The notes beneath the pieces were generated by a model that saw nothing but the letters and a program-made list of their open reading frames with translations, was not told the origin of the DNA and did not search any database. Below, piece after piece: positions 26,849 through 36,990 of a stretch of DNA of 64,000 nucleotides. The translations under genes were made by a program, and so were the position numbers. Within the stretch, counting starts at the first letter, position 1; each line of letters opens with the position of its first letter. Source of the stretch: Sphagnum compactum (Eukaryota); contig OZ234493.1 of assembly GCA_965153455.1 (NCBI GenBank), positions 23,178,213-23,242,212 on the forward strand, read 5' to 3'.

Positions 26849-27286
26849 CTACGGAGAATGACAGTGGAACTCCCTAGGGTTGCGAATGGAACCAGCTCTC
26901 TTCTGAAAACTGTAAACCGACCAGCTACACTACGCTACTCTCAACTATGCATTCAAGACTCTAAACATCGGTGTCTGCACTGTAATTTGCGGAGAAATTC
27001 TGACTGTAATTGCAATGTCGGCCTATATAATAACGTACTGTCGATCCACTGCAAGAAGTTAGAGCATCAGTTGATGATCTCCAAAATTCCTTAGCTCTCT
27101 AGGCAACTGATCTCGCCCTGGAATTCTGGTACTCTGGTAAGAAAATTTTGAACACAACATTTGACAGTTCAATGCAAAAGTGGACGCTATGATCTCCAAA
27201 GCTTTTAGAAATGCTGCAACTGCATCGATCGACAAACTGTATATTGTAAAGTGCATGCCACCATGTCATTATATATTGTTATGTAA

Positions 27287-27653
27287 GAGCATCTCCAACG
27301 ACTCTCAGTATGTGACCCTGCAATGGAAATCTTGGATGAGGTTCAATAGTTGAATCCAGTGAATCCACTTGAAGAGTGCTGCAACTCTGAACACATATAG
27401 AGCTTCCAGCGCCCTGGAAGTGCCCTGGAAAAGTCTAATAAACACAGTCAAATCGTATTTATTGACTGCTCCCTGTTTCTGATTGGCTAGATAGTTTGAT
27501 TGATCCAAGTGGGTTGCTAATAGTAGTCTCCCACCTACTTGCAGTCCCAATTTCAATTTGATGGGTGGGGTTGGAAAAAAGTTAGTAACTAAAACTTGGA
27601 TGTGAGAAACATTTTTTTGCAGGGTCACATACTAAGCGTTGGTGGAGATGCTC
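27287..27653. mobile_element. Tourist/PIF-Harbinger-like MITE
   Basis: About 37-bp imperfect TIRs: GAGCATCTCCAACGACTCTCAGTATGTGACCCTGCAA on the left and TTGCAGGGTCACATACTAAGCGTTGGTGGAGATGCTC on the right. Flanked by TAA and TTA, non-coding, 367 bp. Confidence 0.85.
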
Positions 27654-29639
27654 TTAGGAACTTAGGTCTGAATTGAACATGTCACATTCGAACGCGTCAG
27701 AAATCGTTGCCCACAACCGCGTCCCCCCGACAGCATAATTGCGGCCTAGACAGCAGTTCGCGTCTGCCACACACGGCCTTGTAGAAGATGACAAAGGGGA
27801 TCGTCATCTCGAAGCCACCTACTACTGGTTATGTCACATAACACGGCTCAAGCAGGCCGGTTACTGGAAAAAGTCTCGCCACTCTTGTGGTGAGACTTTT
27901 TCCCGTAACCGGTCTGCTCAAGCCGATTACATAGTCCAAAAGAAAATCAGCTATAAAGGCTGCACATGCATGATTTTTTCTTTAAAAATTGTGATTTCAC
28001 TGTTATTTTTGCGGGGGACACTTAGTGTAAAGTTTGAAATTTACATGTGTCAAATGATCATTTTGAGGGGTATTAGATAATTGTCCAACCTATTTATTAT
28101 CATCTTATTATTATTTAATTATAATTTATTGTTGTAGATTATTACATATTTTATATTATAATAATATTAATTATTTGAATAAAATGTACCCTATTTTAAA
28201 CCAATTAACTTATATTTTTACCCAACAACTAAAATATTGCACCTTATATTTTTACTCACATATTTTTTAATTATTTTTTACTAGTGTCCCTTGGGGATAT
28301 TTTATAGATATTTTATGAATGTTACAAGATTTAAATGGATACTTTTTTTTGTTAGGGTTTATTTTATCATGCTTTCATTTAGAAAATATTGAGGATTATG
28401 TGATTAAACACTCACCAATGCATCAATTTATGTTTCTTTTCTCTTTTCAATTTGATGATTTAACATCAATTGGGAGCATCCTAAAAAAGATCTCACAATC
28501 ATTAGCGATGAAAAGTAACTAATTCGCTCATGAATTGTCATATTAAGAGATGTTTTGAAAGGATTTCACTCAAATGACTCATGAGACACATTGTGTGATG
28601 TAAACTTTGTGGTTTCATCTATTTCAATGTAAAAAGTAAAAGGAAAAAAGAAGGAAAAGAAAAACCAGATGTATTAAATGGCCTTTTAGTAACTTCTTTA
28701 GACCCATGGCATTCCCAAACATATAGGTACTTGGAATACCCAAGGTTGAAAGAATTGGAGAGAAACACAAATTCTTTGGTTGACATTTGTAAATAAAAGC
28801 CTTTTCAAGGTACAATTGTCCATAATAAAAGAATGGCCAAAGAGATTCCTTGTCATGCCCGTATGCATGGCTTTATACATGATGGCCGGTTATGAGCATG
28901 CCAATCATGCCTTTAGGGTTATTGTATGCTATTAGGTGTTTTAGGGTTATGGTTTGTTTAGAGTTTCAGCTTGTTGATGGCTGTATAAAAGGCTAAGCTC
29001 TTCCCTTCTCTTGTTAGTTTTTCTAGAATTCTTTTATTAGGGAGAGTTTCCTCCATAGTCAGACTGGATTTCCAGATGCTCACGGTGGCTATTGGACGGC
29101 CACCGTTTACATACATTACATTTTCTTTCCTTCTTTTCAATACAATTTAATTCTAGAAAAACTGCTTTCTGTCACTTAATGTTGAAAGCGGCAAATTTTT
29201 CTTGGCTTTGAGTTTTTTTGGTTTCTTTTTGCTTGCTGGTTTCTTGTGTTTTTGAGTTGCTGCTACCTCTTCTTCTTTTTCTACTCTTGTATTATAGCTA
29301 CAACAAGAACAACCATAACTAACAACAGCATAAGCGAAGGAGAAGGGACATCGAAAAAGCCCATGATGGCTGCTACTGTAAGCTTTTGCAAGCCTAAGCT
29401 TTCGATCTCACTCACGCCTATTGAATACCTGCCGAGCATCTACGCATTGATCTACGTCCAGATTAGTTCCTCCTTTTTTTTGTGCTTTAATTTTTTGTTG
29501 CTCTAGTTTCATCTCTGTCGGCTCTCTGCACGAATGATCAAAGGAACAAGCTGCAAGATTTATTGAAAAAGCTAAGAAGAGATTTTTTTTAAAAAAATCT
29601 CTTTTCTCTTCTGCACACCATCGTTGCAGAGCTCGTGGA

Positions 29640-29820
29640 CGTGGATTGCTCTGCAGCGTTGTCGTAGTTGCCATCCGTTCTGTTTCGGTTGAGTCCGTTT
29701 CGTTCGACGTCCGTTGCCGTTTCGTCCGACATCCATCAACGTCCATCCGTTCGGTTCCGTCTGTCTGGCCCCTTCCGTCCACCAATGTCCATCCATCGCC
29801 ATTCATCTTCGTCGACGCAC
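29640..29820. repeat. Low-complexity (TCCGTT/CGTC)-rich tract upstream of the gag relic
   Basis: Reiterated ccgtt, cgtc and ccatc words forming a CpG-rich patch. Confidence 0.55.
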
Positions 29821-29905
29821 TGTATTCTTGAAACCGTATGTTGTGTTAGAACTTTGTAGCTATTGCTTTGTATTGCTACAAAATTTTGGGGCATGGGACA
29901 ACACC

Positions 29906-31700
29906 ATGTCCTTGGATGATGAGAGCACTATCGCTCAGCTAGAGCCAAGGTATCAGCTACGAAATAACACACAATTATTTGAACTGATTTCTTTGAGCTC
30001 ACGATCTTCACGACGGTACCATCAAGCATCTGTAGCGCCACTATCATCCAATACAACTCTTACCAGGAATTCAGGTTCATGTTACACTACATCAATAGTA
30101 CATCAAAGTCCATTTGGAGGTGTTAATTAGTGGGGTACGCCTGTTGCTGCAACAGCTTTCACACCATCACAGTATATTCCGTTGCAAACCGTGATCTCTA
30201 CACCCATATACACCATGGAGGTCAATAGTTCCTCAGGAAGAATTGAAAAGTTTAGCGGAAGGCCAAGTACCATTTTTTTGAGGGAATTCAAGGCAACTTT
30301 TTCAACTGTGGTTTATGAATGGAGCTTAAGTATGGCGCTAATTACACCGAGGTGTTCGCATTCAAACAACTAACCCGTTATGTGCACTATGAGGCATTAG
30401 ATGTCTACGAGCAACATTCTCCGAAGATTTTGGGCGTCACCCAAATCCCCAATCCAACTTATGCCACAGCCATCACCATCACCTCTTAAGCTGCACTGCA
30501 AGTTGCCATTACACACCATGGGACTGTGCCCAATAATCCAGATTCGGTACCTACTTCAGTAAACCTTTCTCCTCAACAATTCATTACTGCTACCGCACAC
30601 ATTCCTTCCACCATCGATGCACCAGCTTTTGCTAATCCAGTGGGGGGATTCTTTTGAGTTTTTGAGCTAGAGTTTTCGATTAAGAGTTTTGAAAAAATTC
30701 TACAACTCGTCACTTTATCTCGACAAAAGGATGAAACCGTCAAGATGCTTTACAGGAGGCTTCTCAAGCTCAAAGAGGATATTCAGAACATCACAGACCT
30801 GGAAATTGCCCATCAGTATTTTCATTTGTTGGAAAGTACTCCGACACTCCATGCGTAGGTTTTGTAACGGGTTTTTTGTAGAATTTGGAGAATCGTACAC
30901 TTTGCTGGATGTGTACAACATTTTTGAAAAGCTGGAATGGGCTCATGCACACTATGAAGCCAGTACTATGAAACCTCCATCACGTTCAAAGCCTTAGCCT
31001 CCACTAGTAGCGCCAACCAAATCATCACATTCTTCTTCAAGGGCTAAAGCAGTGCATTCGGCTGCACCCATCCTACCTTCTTACAACTATTGTGGCAATC
31101 CTGCCCACAAAGCTAGTGAGTGCAACATTCCTTTCGAGGATTTCTTTTATGATTATTATGGGAAAGAGGGACATCAGGAAGCTGTTTGTTTTGCCAAGTT
31201 TTTGGAACGGAAGTAACTCTGATTACCACGACAAAATTTGCCAACATCTTTCGCTGCCCCTCAACCAAAAGCCAAGGCACCTCAGCTTTCCACTTAGGCT
31301 TTCCCCACCAAGGGTAATTCCAGTAAGAATGCTAAGAAAAAGGAGCACAAAGCTGACAAGAGGGAGGTGCTTCGAGCCCATGCCGCTCAAACTCAAACTC
31401 TGCAAAATGAACTCGAATCATTGAGGGCCCAACTTGCTAATCTAAAAGGCAAGTCTTCCCAATTAGTTAGTCATGCCCAACCTGTATAGGGTTCAGGATC
31501 ACGAGAGGGACCTCGTAGGTCGTTCTATGGCCTCTCACACGATGCCATGGTTGGGGAGTATGTTCTTTCCAGTGCACACAATTCTAGTCTCACACCAAAA
31601 TTTGGCACTTCTTTTTGCCCTTCTTACTTCGCGACACAAGAGGCTAATGTGGCACCTAGAATTTCTACCACTAGGCAAGTAATTCAGACTGATGGATTTG
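29906..31700 (+). mobile_element. Decayed retrotransposon gag-like ORF with two degenerate CCHC zinc knuckles
   Basis: RIEKFSGRPSTIFLREFKATF resembles a gag N-terminus. YNYCGNPAHKASEC (31082-31123) and YDYYGKEGHQEAVC (31148-31189) follow CX2CX4HX4C spacing with Cys-to-Tyr changes. Multiple stops and frameshifts. Confidence 0.7.
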
Positions 31701-32001
31701 CATCTCTATTTGCTTACCCAACCATTTATCTACCTACTTACCTACTTCCTAAATGTCAACCCACCCACACGTGACCCATTTACCTACCTGCTTACCCATC
31801 AACCCACCCATTTACTTACCTACCTACCTTTTATTTCTTATCTCTTACAACTTACTTACCTCCTACCTAATGTCCTATAACTTGTCTATTATTTATTTCA
31901 TAATTTTGTAATGATATGAAATAAGCATGTGAAATAAAAAAACTTAACAAAATTTGAACACCTTTTGATGTTGTTGGTGAGGACTTTTCTTCTATGACTT
32001 G

Positions 32002-32823
32002 TGTCGCAACCCCACTTTGACCAAGTGTGGGGGTGAAGCCCAACACTTGGAAAAGTTGGAGGTTTTGGAGTCCTCCGGGACTCCCGAATGTTCAGAGCAC
32101 GACAGCAAGGGGCAAAACATCTCGGCTTGAAACGTTCTTGGTGTCATTGAAAAGGTCTTGAAACGTAAATATCGAAAATAGCCTCGCATTGGCCATTTGA
32201 ACATTTGCAGCCCAGGTTATGGGCAAAAGAAAGGCCGGGAGTCAAACTGGCAGTTTAACTCCCGACCACTAAAAGTCGGGAATCGACCCTTTCCTGACGT
32301 CGCCTCAGGGAGTGCGACATGGCGTTGCAAAGATCTCGACGAGGGCGACAACTTTGGTTCAAACCTCGTCACGATCGAACTTTGGAATCGAAAGTTATGA
32401 CCGTTCAAAGCTACGGGAGTCCCGCCGGGACAATTTCGGGACTCCATTTCGGGAGTCCCAACAAGATGTGCCATTTGGATGTAGGCTCCGTGGTGAGCTG
32501 CAGAGAATACTATAAGGGGGGAAGGTGGTGGCTTCCCCCAAGTCCGGGCCGTGGTGAGTTAAGTAGTCCAAAGTGCCCGTGGCTTGTCCCAACACCCAAG
32601 GGTGCTCCCGAATGTGAACTAACCCATTTGTGGTTGGTTTTGGATGCAGATTCGTGCTTGATCTACTAGTCCATCTTCCTAGTCTAATCCCGGGGTTCCC
32701 AACTCGACCCTCTACCCCTTTCTAAAGTTGGAAGTCGGGAGCGTGCCTTTCGATCCCAACCTTCCGCAACTTCACATTGGTGAACCCTCAAGTGAGTTCA
32801 CCCCGGGACCAAGGAGCGCGTCA
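32002..32823. mobile_element. Solo LTR, 822 bp, with perfect 5-bp TSD
   Basis: TGTCGCAACC...GGAGCGCGTCA, with ACTTG at both 31997-32001 and 32824-32828. CpG-rich, suggesting a younger copy than 17267-18158. Confidence 0.9.
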
Positions 32824-34470
32824 ACTTGTATTTAATGACTATAGGATGAAAAGTGCCATGTCAAACATTTAATAACTTATTATCCTTTGCTACTTGTCTA
32901 TTACAACTAAGGGCCTTTAGTCATATAATGTTTAGTATAATTACAAAATCAATCATATATGAAGTCATAGATTTAAGAATTTCTTTTAATATTTTCTTAT
33001 TGTAAAAATAAATCCTTTGGAGCTTTTCACCCCATTTTTAAACGCATTCACATCAATTTGTCCTACGTGACATAAAATGCAACATAGTTGCTAGGGGTTG
33101 CATTTTATAACACCACCACCATTGTGCACAACAAAAAAAATGACCAAAACCATAAATGCGATTATGGGCATGCCACTAATCATGATTAGTTATTAATGTT
33201 GACAAAACTAGTAGCCATGTTGCATCCTAGTCATGGTTAGATGCTTGTTTTGAACCTCCTTCAATCAAAACTTACAAATTCTAGATTATCATGTCCAATG
33301 GACATGTTGTTTGAAAAAAAACAAGTTAATTTGTAGATGTCATGCATCTTAAAAAAAAACCAAAAATGAGACATTGTAAAATAAAAGCAAATACTTGTTT
33401 GAAGATGACATTCTTGAAAGTGAAATCAACTAGTGATTTCTTTTTGTAATGAAATGTTGCCATTCTCTGGAAAGTATTTGAAAAAAGAATATCTTGTCTA
33501 AAATTCCCTGTTTTTGGGGGAGATCTCCAAAATTCAAAAAAAATAAAAGCAAAAATTGCCAAAATGTGCTAAAAATATGGAAAAATGCTTAAGGTTTTCT
33601 ATTTTCATATTTTGTAGGTGATTTCCACTTGAGCAATACCATTGGGAAAAAGATCACCTATTTATACTTTGAAGTTCATAGTTGATTTTGGTGAGCACTC
33701 TAATATTGAGGCCTCTAATATTGAGGCCATTAGCCATATTGTGTGGTTTTGAAAAAAAAAAAAAACTCAAGTTATCTTTTACGTAAATCACACATTCCCA
33801 AACAAACTGAATAGTTATAGAGGTCCATAGTATAGCATGATTTGATTAGGGTCCCTCACAGGAGTAAATATTTCTACCTTAGATTTTATATCACAAAAGT
33901 GCCCAAATTATTTTGCTGGCAAAGCCCATTTTTCCCACATTTCACACTGAAATTATAAATAACACATTGTTGTACACTCAAGAAGCAAACTTTTAGCGAA
34001 AATTCGCCTGAAAATCTTTAAAACCCAGAATTTCACTGGAGAAGTGATTTTGTCTTTTGCAAAAATTGTAGTTTTTTTAACCAAAAAATTTCGGAAAATC
34101 TTGGATTAATAATGTGTCATTAGTGAAAATTCGACTAAAACCCTAAGCTTATTTTTGGAAACAATGACCAAATTTTTTATATCACAAAATTGGAAAAAAT
34201 AAATAGGTAAATCCTCATCCAGAGGGCTAAAGGGATTATAGTCTGATAGTCCCAAAAGAAATCTCAGAAAAAAGAAAAAAAGAGAAAGAAAATCAAACAG
34301 AAGTTATTTGCAAAACTGCCAACAGAAGACAAAAAAAATTGTAGACGAGAATTGGGAGGGTTTGGGGGCGTGGATACATTTAGGGTTGCAACGAAGGAAG
34401 CAGACCTGTTGTTTTAGTTTTGTTTGTTTGTTTGTTTTTGTGCTTCTGCGGGAGGAGGCGTGGAGGAGGA

Positions 34471-34494
34471 GGACGACGACGACGACGACGACGA
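34471..34494 (+). repeat. (GAC)n microsatellite in the 5' region of the 34.6 kb gene
   Basis: gacgacgacgacgacgacgacga, preceded by GGA repeats. Confidence 0.8.
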
Positions 34495-34645
34495 GAAGGG
34501 CATTCGAAGTTACACCGTTGCAAAGAAAAGAATTCCAGCAGAGTTTTTTTGTTTCTCCTTAAAAAAAAAATTTGTTCTCTGGAGTACTACTTAGCCGTGA
34601 CAACAAAACTGCACGGGCATCGAGATTTGGAGTTGCGAACAAGGC

Positions 34646-36990
34646 ATGGCAGGAAGAGAAGTGAGAGAGTATACGAATTTGAGTGACCCGAAAGGTGAGT
34701 TTGCTTATTATTGCTGTTGTTTGTTGTTTTGTCACATTTTGTTGATGTCCAAATCTTGTGTTGTTTTGTCAGTTTTTTGAATGAATCGTGTGATTTGGCG
34801 TTTTGTTTTGTTTCTTTTCAATTGCTTGTTTTGCCTTCAGCAATCTGTGAGGAGGTACATTTTGATTGTGTGAAAAAGAAACTGTTGTTTCTTCATGACG
34901 TTCTCTCTCCCTCTCTCTCTCTAATGCTGCTGCTGTTTGAAATAAGGACATGCAAGCAGACAAGAAATGGAGTGCCAAGGGTGGTGGTGGCAAAGACAAG
35001 ACAGACGATGAAGATGTTGCGTTCAAGCGTATGGTAGCCAAGGTTAGTGCACCTGGGGCCTGTTGAAAGAAGATCCTAGCAGGCAAGACTGTGTCATCAG
35101 GCTCTCATAGATAGCAATATGGCGTTTACAACTTAAGTCACAGAGAGATGCAGTTTGAGCACTTATTTATGCTCTGAACTTTCACAAAATGCCTTTTTCC
35201 TGTACCTCCTATTGCAATGGGAAATGTATTTTCTGAGGGATTCTCTGTCAACATTGAAAAAAGCCTAAAGACCTAGGACCAGGCAATTCATTACAGGATT
35301 GAACTTCAAGGTAGTGGTACTGGTGATCTGATCTGATAAGGCTAATTTCTGCAGTGCCTTAGATTGTGAGAAAATCATACTACTGGACACTTTGATCTCA
35401 GGGCCTTAAAATCCTTTAAGCAGTTCAGTTGAGAGAGGGGGACAAGGTGGAGTTGAACTTTTTCCTGAGAACTGGCCCTGACAGGGAATATGGCGCGACA
35501 TCTGGGCTCGGATGGTGAAAACAGATGCAGGAAGTGGCTGGTGAACGTGGTGGCTACCTACATGGCCGAGGCGGTAACTGCTTACATTGGTCATGATGCA
35601 ATGTCCTTGTTAATGATGGTTGTGAATTGCTTGATTAGATCTCCATCCCATAGCAGAGTGTACCTGAGGAATCAGCTTGTTAATACTTTTGGTTGCATAT
35701 GAATTGCTCCACAAGAAGGGTCAAGAGAAACTTTGCAGGTTCCCCTTCAGTTTCTGCTGTGTGTGTGTGCGGGTGCCTCTCTCACTCTCTCTCTCACTAT
35801 ATGTGTGTGTGTGTGTGTGTGTCCATTTCTTGAGCTAATGACTAGGCATGATGTATGGATCAAACAGCTCTGGATAGTGATGACTTGCTGTACCTGAAGG
35901 AGCAAATGGAAGCTGAGGATGATGCAGAGCGCCTGCGGCGACGAACAGAAAAGCGGGCTTTTGCAGCCTTTAAGATATCCAGACATCTTTCTTAAGTAGT
36001 TTTGATTCACAAGACAATCAGAGTGTACCTCCTCATGAGGTTGTTTAAAATATGTCTGTACAATCAAGTGGAAGATCATGCAGAGCAAGGTGTTCAGCTG
36101 AGAGACATCAACAACATTATGAGGGGTCCTTTCAATGCTGGATTCTTTGGCTAAATTGTTGCCTTTCTCTGACATATTGTCCAATGTCTTGACCTTCATG
36201 GTATTGGTAGGTATTTCTTGAGACCATTCTGGAGTGCTAAAGCAAGCTCCACCACTCCTGGTGGAGCTTGCAATAGCACTCCAGATTGATAAAAAATGGA
36301 CTCCATCATTGTAGATGTTGGATGGGAGTTCATTGAGTTGCCAATGATGGAATGTTGCCTTAACAGAAGTTAGCACAAGGCAGCGAGCTTGGTGGATGCG
36401 GCTTCTGTACCCTCTCTTCCCCCCATCCGTGTGGAGCCCAAGCCACGAAGTGGAATTCGGTAATAACTGTTGACCAGTTTGACACTAGATACCAGTTATG
36501 TGTCATGCTTTAGTGGGAGAAGGACAGTCTCTGGTGTGCTAAGCAGGCCAAGAGAAACTGAAGGCTCTGTTTTAAGACTGATTTCTTTTATTCACACCAA
36601 CACTGCTTAAAAGTTTGACCATATGTGTGGCCAGGGTCTCTTTGTTGCTACCAAAAATGAAGTTTACTAGTGTTTGAATGGGGTTTCAGGCAACAGGTGC
36701 TGGTAAAGAACATTCTGGAGGTGAAGCCAAAGCGTCTTACCAGAGTAGCCCACAACAGCACAGGTGCCGGAACTCCTAGCACAAGCAGCCCTGTAGGACA
36801 GATGACAAACAAGCCTGATGCTGGTGGAGCTTCTCAAGAACCAGCAAAAGTGGAAGCTAAGGTTGCCACTGGTGGTCTGTTGGGGTTGGCCTATGAGAGT
36901 GAAGAAGACAGTGACCCTGAGATTGAGCAAGTGCCTGCATACACAGAAATGAAGGCACAAAGAAGGGAATCGCAGACAGACCTTTTGTGA
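34646..36990 (+). CDS. Conserved uncharacterised plant protein, 223 aa, possibly distantly FAM192A/NIP30-like
   Basis: Exons 34646-34694, 34960-35042, 35525-35573, 35868-35974, 36377-36459 and 36690-36990, total 672 nt in frame. Translation: MAGREVREYTNLSDPKDKKW...AFKRMVAKMQEVAGERGGYLHGRGALDSDDLLYLKEQMEAEDDAERLRRRTEKRAFAAFKKAASL...RVEPKPRSGIRQQVLVKNILEVKPKR...GLLGLAYESEEDSD. I recall this as a conserved land-plant family. Intron 4 is AT-AC. Confidence 0.88.
35759..35822. repeat. Compound (GT)n/(CT)n microsatellite in intron 3
   Basis: gtgtgtgtgt...ctctcactctctctctc...tgtgtgtgtgtgtgtgtgtgt read directly. Confidence 0.8.
35975..36376 (+). other. U12-type (minor spliceosome) AT-AC intron
   Basis: 5' site AAG|ATATCC, branch-point-like GCCTTAAC at 36357-36364, 3' site ...AGCAC|AAG. 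Removing it joins AFAAFK to KAASL in frame. Confidence 0.85.

Noticed and set aside
27305-27628. 107-aa ORF
   Set aside because: It lies wholly inside a MITE and has no transposase motifs.
35747-36376. 209-aa minus-strand ORF
   Set aside because: It is antisense to an exon and introns of the plus-strand gene, has a non-ATG start, runs into microsatellites and shows no motifs.
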